Positions 18,001 to 30,750 of a DNA stretch of 64,000 nucleotides are shown here, piece after piece (positions within the stretch are counted from its first letter, which is position 1; every line of letters starts with the position of its first letter). The notes under the pieces were generated by a model that saw only the letters and a program-made list of their open reading frames with translations, had not been told where the DNA came from and did no database searches. The DNA comes from Eledone cirrhosa. Taxonomy: Eukaryota. The position numbers and the translations under genes were made by a program. The DNA lies in the NCBI GenBank assembly GCA_964016885.1, contig OZ024742.1:362452001-362516000 (forward strand). Direction: 5' to 3'.

Positions 18001-21000
18001 GCCATCACGACCACTGACATCACAACCACTGACGTCACAATTACTGACATCACAATCACTGACATCACAACCACTGACATCACAACCACTGACATTACAA
18101 CCACTGACATCACAATCACTGCCATCACGACCACTGACCTCACAAACACTGATATCACAATCACTGACATCACAACCACTGACATCATAACCACTGACAT
18201 CACAACCACTGACATCACAACCACTGACATTATAACCACTGAAATCACAATCACTGACATCACAATCACTGACATCATAACCATTGACATCACAATCACT
18301 GACATCACAATCACTGACATCACAACCACTGACATCACAACCACTGACATCACAACCACTGACGTCACAATTACTGACATCACAATCACTGACATCACAA
18401 CCACTGACATCACAACCACTGACATTACAACCACTGACATCACAATCACTGACATCACGACCACGCACCTCACAAATACTGATATCACAATCACTGACAT
18501 CACAACCACTGACATCATAACCACTGACATCACAACCACTGACGTCACAACCACTGACATCACAACCACTGACATCACAACCACTGATATCACAATCACT
18601 GACATCACAACCACTGACATCACAATCACTGATATCACAACCACTGACATCACAACCACTGACATCACAACCACTGACATCACAACCACTGACATTATAA
18701 CCACTGAAATCACAATCACTGACATCACAATCACTGACATCATAACCATTGACATCACAATCACTGACATCACAATCACTGACATCACAACCACTGACAT
18801 CACAACCACTGACATCACAACCACTGACATCACAATCACTGACATCATAACCACTGACATCATAACCACTGACATCACAACCACTGACATCATAACCACT
18901 GACATCATAACCACTGACATCACAATCACTGACATCACAACCAATGACATCATAACCACTGACATCACAATCACTGACATCACAACCACTGACATCAAAA
19001 CCACTGACATAACAATCACTGACGTCACAACCACTGACATCATAACCACTGACATCACAACCACTGACATCACAACCACTGACATCACAACCACTGACAT
19101 CACAACCACTGATATCACAATCACTGACATCACAACCACTGACATCAAAATCACTCATATCACAACCACTGACATCACAACCACTGACATCACAACCACT
19201 GACATCACAATCACTGACATCATAACCATTGACATCACAATCACTGACATCACAATCACTGACATCACAACCACTGACATCACAACCACTGACATCACAA
19301 CCACTGACATCACAATCACTGACATCATAACCACTGACATCATAACCACTGACATCACAATCACTGACATCACGACCACGCACCTCACAAATACTGATAT
19401 CACAATCACTGACATCACAACCACTGACATCATAACCACTGACATCACAACCACTGACGTCACAACCACTGACATCACAACCACTGACATCACAACCACT
19501 GATATCACAATCACTGACATCACAACCACTGATATCACAATCACTGATATCACAACCACTGACATCACAACCACTGACATCACAACCACTGACATCACAA
19601 CCACTGACATTATAACCACTGACATCACAATCACTGACATCACAATCACTGACATCATAACCATTGACATCACAATCACTGACATCACAATCACTGACAT
19701 CACAACCACTGACATCACAACCACTGACATCACAACCACTGACATCACAATCACTGAATCATAACCACTGATATCATAACCACTGACATCACAACCACTG
19801 ACATCATAACCACTGACATCATAACCACTGACATCACAATCACTGACATCACAACCAATGACATCATAACCACTGACATCACAATCACTGACATCACAAC
19901 CACTGACATCAAAACCACTGACATAACAATCACTGACGTCACAACCACTGACATCACAACCACTGACACCACAACCACTGACATCACAACCACTGACATC
20001 ACAATTACTGACATCACAATCACTGACATCACAACCACTGACATCACAACCACTGACATTACAACCACTGACATCACAATCACTGACATCACGACCACTG
20101 ACCTCACAAACACTGATATCACAATCACTGACATCACAACCACTGACATCATAACCACTGACATCACAACCACTGACATCACAACCACTGACATCACAAC
20201 CACTGACATCACAACCACTGATATCACAATCACTGACATCACAACCACTGACATCACAATCACTGATATCACAACCACTGACATCACAACCACTGACATC
20301 ACAACCACTGACCTCACAACCAATGACATCACAACCACTGACATTACAACCACTGACATCACAATCACTGACATCACAATCACTGACATCATAACCATTG
20401 ACATCACAATCACTGACATCACAATCACTGACATCACAACCACTGACATCACAACCACTGACATCACAACCACTGACATCACAATCACTGACATCATAAC
20501 CACTGACATCATAACCACTGACATCACAACCACTGACATCATAACCACTGACATCATAACCACTGACATCACAATCACTGACATCACAACCACTTACATC
20601 ATAACCACTGACATCACAATCACTGACATCACAACCACTGACATCACAACCACTGACATAACAATCACTGACGTCACAACCACTGACATCACAATCACTG
20701 ACACCACAACCACTGACATCACAACCACTGACATCACAATTACTGACATCACAATCACTGACATCACAACCACTGACATCACAACCACTGACATTACAAC
20801 CACTGACATCACAATCACTGACATCATAACCACTGACATCATAACCTCTGATATCACAACCATTGACATCACAACCACTGACATCACAACCACTGACATA
20901 ACAATCACTGACATCACAACCACTGACATCACAACCTCTGACACCACAACCACTGACATCACAACCACTGACATCACAACCACTGACATCACAACCACTG

Positions 21001-24000
21001 ACATAACAATCATTGACATCACAACCACTGACATCATAACCACTGACATCACAACCACCGACATCATAACCACTGACATAACAATCATTGACATCACGAC
21101 CACTGACATCACAACCACTGACATAAACCCACTAATGTCACAACCACTGACATCACAACCACTGACATCACAACCACTGACACCACAACCACTGACATCA
21201 CAACCACTGACATCACAACCACTGACATCACAATCACTGACATCACAACCACTGACATCACAACCACTGACATCACAACCACTGACATCACAACCACTGA
21301 CATCCCAACCACTGACATCACAATCACTGACATCGCAATCACTGACATCACAATCACTGACATCATAACCACTGACATCATAACCACTGACATCACAATC
21401 ACTGCCATCACAACCACTGACATCACAATCACTGACATCGCAATCACTGACATCACTGACATCACAATCACTGACATCATAACCACTGACATCACAATCA
21501 CTGACCTCACAACCAGTGACATCATAATCACTGACATCACAACCACTGACATCACAATCACTGACATCACAACCACTGACATCACAATCACTGACCTCAC
21601 AACCAGTGACATCATAATCACTGACATCACAACCACTGACATCACAACTACTGATATCACAATCACTGACATCACAACCACTGACATCATAACCACTGAC
21701 ATCATAACCATTGACATCATAACCACTGACATCACAATCACTGACATCACAACCACTGATATCACAATCACTGACATCACAAACACTGACATCACAACCA
21801 CTGACATCACAACCACTGACATCATAACCACTGACATCATAACCATTGACATCACAACCACTGACATCACAATCACTGACACCACAACCACTGACACCAC
21901 AACCACTGACATCACAATCACTGACATCACAACCACTGACATCAAAACCACTGACATAACAATCACTGACGTCACAACCACTGACATCACAACCACTGAC
22001 ACCACAACCACTGACATCACAACCACTGACATCACAATTACTGACATCACAATCACTGACATCACAACCACTGACATCACAACCACTGACATTACAACCA
22101 CTGACATCACAATCACTGACATCACGACCACTGACCTCACAAACACTGATATCACAATCACTGACATCACAACCACTGACATCATAACCACTGACATCAC
22201 AACCACTGACATCACAACCACTGACATCACAACCACTGACATCACAACCACTGATATCACAATCACTGACATCACGACCACTGACATCACAATCACTGAT
22301 ATCACAACCACTGACATCACAAACACTGACATCACAACCACTGACCTCACAACCAATGACATCACAACCACTGACATTACAACCACTGACATCACAATCA
22401 CTGACATCACAATCACTGACATCATAACCATTGACATCACAATCACTGACATCACAATCACTGACATCACAACCACTGACATCACAACCACTGACATCAC
22501 AACCACTGACATCACAATCACTGACATCATAACCACTGACATCATAACCACTGACATCACAACCACTGACATCATAACCACTGACATCATAACCACTGAC
22601 ATCACAATCACTGACATCACAACCACTTACATCATAACCACTGACATCACAATCACTGACATCACAACCACTGACATCACAACCACTGACATAACAATCA
22701 CTGACGTCACAACCACTGACATCACAATCACTGACACCACAACCACTGACATCACAACCACTGACATCACAATTACTGACATCACAATCACTGACATCAC
22801 AACCACTGACATCACAACCACTGACATTACAACCACTGACATCACAATCACTGACATCATAACCACTGACATCATAACCACTGATATCACAACCACTGAC
22901 ATCACAACCACTGACATCACAACCACTGACATAACAATCACTGACATCACAACCACTGACATCACAACCACTGACACCACAACCACTGACATCACAACCA
23001 CTGACATCACAACCACTGACATCACAACCACTGACATAACAATCATTGACATCACAACCACTGACATCATAACCACTGACATCACAACCACCGACATCAT
23101 AACCACTGACATAACAATCATTAACATCACGACCACTGACATCACAACCACTGACATAAACCCACTAATGTCACAACCACTGACATCACAACCACTGACA
23201 TCACAACCACTGACACCACAACCACTGACATCACAACCACTGACATCACAACCACTGACATCACAATCACTGACATCACAACCACTGACATCACAACCAC
23301 TGACATCACAACCACTGACATCACAACCACTGACATCCCAACCACTGACATCACAATCACTGACATCGCAATCACTGACATCACAATCACTGACATCATA
23401 ACCACTGACATCATAACCACTGATATCACAATCACTGCCATCACAACCACTGACATCACAATCACTGACATCGCAATCACTGACATCACTGACATCACAA
23501 TCACTGACATCATAACCACTGACATCACAATCACTGACCTCACAACCAGTGACATCATAATCACTGACATCACAACCACTGACATCACAATCACTGACAT
23601 CACAACCACTGACATCACAATCACTGACCTCACAACCAGTGACATCATAATCACTGACATCACAACCACTGACATCACAACTACTGATATCACAATCACT
23701 GACATCACAACCACTGACATCATAACCACTGACATCATAACCATTGACATCATAACCACTGACATCACAATCACTGACATCACAACCACTGATATCACAA
23801 TCACTGACATCACAAACACTGACATCACAACCACTGACATCACAACCACTGACATCATAACCACTGACATCATAACCATTGACATCACAACCACTGACAT
23901 CACAATCACTGACATCACAACCACTGACATCACAACCACTGACTTCACAACCACTGATATCACAATCACTGACATCACAACCACTGACATCACAACCACT

Positions 24001-25573
24001 GACATCACAACCACTGAGATTATAACCACTGACATCACAGCCACTGACATAACAATCACTGACATCACAATCACTGATATCACAATCACTCACATCACAA
24101 CCACTGTCACCACAATCACTGACATCATAACCACTGACATCATAACCACTGACATCATAACCACTGACATCACAACCACTGACATCATAACCACTGACAT
24201 CATAACCACTGACATCACAACCACCGACATCATAACCACTGACATAACAATCATTGACATCATAACCACTGACATAACAATCATTGACATCACGACCACT
24301 GACATCACAACCACTGACATCACAACCACTGACATCATAACCACTGACATCACAACCACCGACATCATAACCACTGACATAACAATCATTGACATCACGA
24401 CCACTGACATCACAACCACTGATATCATAACCACTGACACCACAATCACTGACATCATAACCACTGACATCATAACCACTGACATCACATCCACTGACAT
24501 CACAACCACTGACATCACAACCACTGACATCACAACCACTGACATCACAACCACTCACATAACAATCACTGACATCACAATCACTGACATCACAATCACT
24601 CACATTTACAACCACTGACATCACAACCACTGACATCATAACCACTGACACCACAATCACTGACATCATAACCACTGACATCATAACCACTGACATCACA
24701 ACCACTGACATCACAACCACTGATATCACAACCACTGACATCACAACCACTGATATCACAATCACTGACATCACAACCACTGACATCACAATCACTGATA
24801 TCACAACCACTGACATCACAACCACTGACATCACAACCACTGACATCACAACCACTGACATCACAACCATTGACATTACAACCACTGACATCACAATCAC
24901 TGACATCACAATCAGTGACATCATAACCATTGACATCACAATCACTGACATCACGATCACTGACATCACAACCACTGACATCACAACCACTGACATCATA
25001 ACCACTGACATCACAATCACTGACATCACAACCACTGACATCATAACCACTGACATCACAATCACTGACATCACAACCACTGACATCATAACCACTGACA
25101 TCACAATCACTGACATCACAACCACTGACATCACAACCACTGACATAACAATCACTGACATCACAACCACTGACATCACAACCACTGACATCACAACCAC
25201 TGACATCACAACCACTGACATAACAATCACTGACGTCACAACCACTGACATCACAACGACTGACATCACAATTACTGACATCACAATCACTGACATCACA
25301 ACCACTGACATCACAACCACTGACATTACAACCACTGACATCATAACCACTGACATCACAACCACTGACATCACAATCACTGACATCACGACCACTGACC
25401 TCCCAAACACTGATATCACAATCACTGACATCACAACCACTGACATCATAACCACTGACATCATAACCACTGACATCACAACCACTGATATCCCAACCAC
25501 TGATATCACAACCACTGACATCACAACCACTGATATCCCAACCACTGATATCACAACCACTGACATCACAATC
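1..25573. repeat. 15-bp minisatellite array, consensus ACTGACATCACAACC (~1,700 units), open at the left window edge
   Basis: Continuous 15-nt period with recurrent variants (ACA>ATA, ACC>ATC, GAC>GAT) and rare 14-, 16- and 9-nt units. Translates as TDITT / SGCDV / MSVVV repeats. Confidence 0.99.
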
Positions 25574-25695
25574 ACCACCACCAGCACCACCACTACCACC
25601 ACCACCACCACCACCACCATCACCACCAGCATCACCACTACCACTACTACCACCACCACCACCACCACCAGCACCACCAGTTCCAGCACCACCAT
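25574..25695. repeat. (ACC)n imperfect trinucleotide tract terminating the minisatellite
   Basis: accaccaccagcaccaccactaccacc... directly abuts the last 15-mer unit. Confidence 0.95.
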
Positions 25696-26353
25696 TATGT
25701 AATAGTAAACTTAAATTAAATTAATTTAATATAAAACTGGAATAAAATATTAAAGTCATAAAACAAGAGAAAATATTGAAAGATTTTTCACTATTTTCCA
25801 ATTTTTTATCAATGAAATATTCAAAGGAAAATTCTTCAATAATTTCAAGTGAATCTTAAGGTATAACTGGTCATTTGTGTGAACGAAGCCTTCGTCGCTT
25901 GTCATCTTACAAATTATAGTAAATTAATTAACGATTTCTTAATTAGCTGGTCATCCATGGACAGTCTTCTGATGACAAGTGAAGATGTAACACAGCATTG
26001 AAGTAACCACCATTATCAGAATACGCTAAATTCTTCTGAAATAACCTAATCTTTAATAAGATGTAGAAAGTTAGATTAATTAAACAATATAAAAGAACAA
26101 AGAAAAAGGCAACGTTTCTTTTCTACTTTAATAACGATTCTAATTAAACTGATCAAAGGAATATTTTATGTGATATGACAAATAAAAAAATATATACACC
26201 TACGTACACATACAGAGCCATACATATATATGCACGTACGTACACACATACACACACATACACACACACATGTATATATATGCATTTTTATATATGTGAA
26301 TGTGCGTGTTTATGTAAATATATATGCATATATATAATATGTATGTGTGTGTG

Positions 26354-26407
<54 letters not shown>

Positions 26408-26511
26408 ATCCAGGCCGAAACAAATGAGATCGTGTAGGTGTCACGACAAAAAAACACACAGTCCACGCTGTAATGTGGCCGTGTAGGCAACACGGTAAAA
26501 GCCTCCCAGAC

Positions 26512-26682
26512 CCACACTGTAAATGTGGTTGGTGTTAGGAAGGGCATCCAACTGTAGTAAACCTGCCAGACAGTCCTATGCGAGCAAGACAATCACTCTT
26601 GCCTCAAGTGGGAAAATCCCCGTCCAAACCCATGCAAGCGTGGAACACGGACGTTAAACGTTGATGATGATGATGATGATGA
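26512..26682 (+). mobile_element. 3' part of a SINE/RTE-tailed retroposon ending in (GAT)n
   Basis: ggtgttaggaagggcatccaactgtag ... cccatgcaagcgtggaacacggacgttaaacgtt followed by a (gat)n tail, a short-repeat tail typical of RTE-mobilised elements. Confidence 0.6.
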
Positions 26683-26707
26683 TATATATTTATATATATA
26701 TATATAT

Positions 26708-27088
<381 letters not shown>

Positions 27089-27348
27089 ATCTGTATATTT
27101 ATATATATGCACATACATATATAATATGTATGGGTGTATGTGTATATATATATTTATACATATATATATATATAATTATAATTGAATATAAAAGAAAGAC
27201 GAACACAGATATATACATACATGTGTTGAAATGGTAAGGGACCAGCTGAGGTGAAAATAATACTAACTATTGACAATAGGGTTTGACTGATTCTATTTAA
27301 GAATAAATCAAGAAAATAAATACAAACCGGAATTGTGGTAACGACCAA

Positions 27349-27429
27349 TCACCCAGACAGTTTTTGGTACTGCTGTTTCGCAAATTTAATTGCGAATAGG
27401 AATGTCAATTCTTGCTCATCAGTGGGTGA
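27349..27429 (-). ncRNA. Type I hammerhead ribozyme with canonical core and GUC cleavage triplet
   Basis: Minus strand: TCACCCA-CTGATGA-GCAAG...TTTGC-GAAA-CAG(CAGTACCAAAAA)CTG-TC-TGGGTGA. 7-bp stem I, G-C closed stem II, 3-bp stem III. Confidence 0.85.
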
Positions 27430-27756
27430 AGAATTAGTATCCTAGACACTTCTAAGTATATTAAGAAAATGAATAGTGTGCGTATATATAACAACACACA
27501 TGGTATCTGAACTTAGCGCGTCTCACAAACTTACACCACTAAAAATAGCAGCCAGGTTTATTCGACATTTGAATTTTAGATCAACAAATTAACGGAGCCG
27601 AATATATCAAAGGTATATATTGAGTTACAAACTCAAAATAGTCTCTTATGATAAAATAGGTCCGGGAAAGAGATTTTTCCGAGCAGTATATTATAATTGA
27701 ATATAAAAGAAAGACGAACACAGGTATATACATATATGTGTGTTCAAATATACCTT

Positions 27757-27858
<102 letters not shown>

Positions 27859-27940
27859 GTCCTTGAAATATGTATAATGAAATAAATATGGTTTTATAAA
27901 TATAGTTTCCATTTATTAATATATTGTATATATATATATT

Positions 27941-28153
27941 GATTGGTCTATATTAGACCATTCGAGGGAGTACCAAAGGGGCACAAAGAATTGTTCTTTG
28001 TGTACCACAGAAAAGTATAGGATTTTGCTAAACTTGAGAGCCACTTCCGCTTGCCTTAACTCAAAGACTGAGATCTTCAGATGCTGTCCTCATCTGAAAT
28101 CGCATCTGATCTGTAACTGGATTGACACTCCTATGATAAATCAACCGCCTTGA
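27941..28153 (+). pseudogene. C-terminal fragment of a Penelope-like GIY-YIG endonuclease (5'-truncated PLE)
   Basis: Open frame [30 protein letters not shown]...LNSKTEIFRCCPH...*, aligns by eye with [10 protein letters not shown]...CDLCISE...LLNKLSE of the 56716-58119 ORF. Starts directly after (TA)n. Confidence 0.75.
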
Positions 28154-28348
28154 ACTCCTTCTCTGCTCTTTACTTCTGCTACGGTTTTTATTTTGCTGAT
28201 TCTACGTTCTGTACTCTTATATATTTACTTATTTTTTTCTCCCTTACCTCCCCTTATATTTTACCTTTTCTTATGTCCCCCCCCCCCATATATTCTTTTT
28301 CCTTGCCCTTCACATACCTATGTGTATGTGTATGTATATTTGTGTGTA

Positions 28349-28411
<63 letters not shown>

Positions 28412-28485
28412 ATGTGTATGTGTGTATATATATATGTATATATTTGTGTGTGTATATGTATGTATATGTGGATAAACCAGGTTTT

Positions 28486-28545
28486 TTTCATTCTGAAGAT
28501 TGAAGGAAAAATTTTTTGCTTTTAAGAAACCACTGGTGAATGGAA
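28486..28545 (+). ncRNA. Hammerhead ribozyme motif, probably inactive (G at cleavage site)
   Basis: TTCATT-CTGAAGA-stem II-GAAA-CC(ACT)GG-TG-AATGGA. Lies downstream of the GIY-YIG fragment in the same orientation. Confidence 0.65.
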
Positions 28546-28693
28546 TAATTGCCTTATGTTGCTTTATTACTTTACTACTATATATACGTATATGTAAGGT
28601 TCATATGAATTATCTAAGACTGAGTTTTACACATACACACATGTATGTGTGTGTGTATGTGTATGCATATGTATATGTATGTATATATATATG

Positions 28694-28742
<49 letters not shown>

Positions 28743-29190
28743 ATGTAATTACATATACATATGTGTGTGTATATATTGTATACGTGTGCGTGTTTGTGCA
28801 TGTATGTGTATGTATGTGTTTATGTATTTGTATATGTATATTTATGTGTGAGAGTGTGTGTATGTGTTTACGATTTCGTACGTATGTATACGTGCATTTG
28901 TGTGTATTACTTACCACGCGTGTCTGTCCAGTTAGCTGCCTTATGTAACGGTGTCAAAAATTTTTAATATATATATATTTTTTTCTTATATTTATTTGCG
29001 TGTGTGAATATGTAGAGGAGTGCATTTATGTATGTGTATGTATGTACGTATGTATATATGTATGATTGTGTGAATGTATGTATGTATATGTGTGTGTGTA
29101 TGGCTATGTTTGTGTATGTGTATGCTTGTACACACATGTATATATATGTATGTGTATATGTGTATATATATATATATGTATACATGTGTC

Positions 29191-29227
<37 letters not shown>

Positions 29228-29295
29228 ATGAATGTATGTATGTGTATATGTGTATGTGTATATAAGTGTATGTTTTATATATATGTGTATGTGTA

Positions 29296-29380
<85 letters not shown>

Positions 29381-29525
29381 ATGTATGCTTTTGTGTTTTT
29401 GTGTGTGTGTTTGCATGTGTAGTTTTATTTTATTTTTCCTTTCCTTCTTCCTTCTCCAGCCTCACTTTCATATAGATTGCATTTTTGTTTTTTAAAATCC
29501 AAATTCAATAAACAAACCAGGATTT

Positions 29526-29584
29526 TTTCATTCTGGGATTGAAAGCAAAACCTTTTGCTTTTAAGAAACCACTGGTAAATGGAA
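29526..29584 (+). ncRNA. Second copy of the same hammerhead motif, core damaged (CTGGGA)
   Basis: TTCATT-CTGGGA-TTGAAAGCAAAA(CC)TTTTGCTTTTAA-GAAA-CC(ACT)GG-TA-AATGGA. Part of a ~90-bp direct repeat of 28474-28560 at 1,040-bp offset. Confidence 0.65.
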
Positions 29585-29651
29585 TAATTGCCTTATGTTG
29601 TTCATTACATAATAATAATATATATATATATATATATAGTTTCTGATTTTG

Positions 29652-29707
29652 AGTGAGAGAAACTGGTGCGTCTGTTTCTTATTGGCAACATGACCCTCCC
29701 AAAGCAT

Positions 29708-29713
<6 letters not shown>
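29652..29713 (+). mobile_element. Isolated terminal tail of the large PLE family
   Basis: aactggtgcgtctgtttcttattggcaacatgaccctcccaaagcataaca matches 38186-38237 and, reverse complemented, 34632-34680. Confidence 0.8.
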
Positions 29714-29752
<39 letters not shown>

Positions 29753-29767
29753 TATATATATATATAT

Positions 29768-29834
<67 letters not shown>

Positions 29835-29945
29835 TATATATATATATATAAATGATTACGTCGAGTACACTCCATAGTATTACATCGAGGTTGACCATAC
29901 GCAATGGTCAGTTCTATCCAGTGGTGAACCAACAAACCTAAATAA

Positions 29946-30008
<63 letters not shown>

Positions 30009-30011
30009 TAA

Positions 30012-30073
30012 GTTATTTCGGGTGAATCGGAGGTAACCACAGTAAGTAAGGTACTCAATACATAGCAGAGTAT
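30012..30073 (-). repeat. Short dispersed repeat fragment
   Basis: Reverse complement of ~60036-60098 (tatactctgctatgtattgagcaccttacttactgtggttacc...). Confidence 0.75.
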
Positions 30074-30081
30074 AACGGTTT

Positions 30082-30148
<67 letters not shown>

Positions 30149-30291
30149 TTATGTGTGTATGTATCTATATATATGTGTATGTATATATATATTACAACTG
30201 CCAGGAATACCTATCTCAAACGAAGACATTTATACACAAACACATACACACATATGTGTAATATGTATGCATTTATATACATATATACATA

Positions 30292-30352
<61 letters not shown>

Positions 30353-30750
30353 TTCTGTGTGTCTCTCTGTCTGTGTGTTTGTGTGTATGTGCGTGGGTCT
30401 GCATGTGAGTGCATGTGTGTGTGTGTTAATTGGCTTCAGTAGTGATACAGAATTGAGAGAAGAAATAATACAATGTTTATCTCTTAAATCAAAATATATA
30501 TTGAGGACTCAAGTGATAAACAATGTCTTAATATTTTTTCCGTGTATTCTACTGTATACATAAGTAGCAGAGTCATCAGAGGATGGAGGAAGGTGGGGAT
30601 GGTGCCGGGAGAAATGTGTGGCTTTAATGAGAAGAAAAGGAATGGGTGAAGCGAGAGATATGAAGACAGCATATGTTGTAGAACAAAAACGGCGGGATGT
30701 AGAGCTGTTGGTTCTTTCAGTTTACTAAACAAATCATGTTTTGAAGCAGG

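Noticed and set aside
1-25573. CRISPR-like array or telomeric repeat
   Set aside because: No unique spacers and no cas genes; the unit is not TTAGGG-like; the context is eukaryotic.
1-25573. TGACGTCA (CRE) sites in the array
   Set aside because: Single-base variants of the TGACATCA unit, propagated by duplication. No evidence of function.
175-25695. Giant minus-strand ORFs (MSVVV / SGCDV repeats, up to 4,997 aa) as genes
   Set aside because: Direct translations of a 15-bp (3n) satellite with no unique domain, signal peptide or flanking gene structure.
25860-25990. CTGATGA at ~25970 as a hammerhead
   Set aside because: No GAAA...UH or closing stems found.
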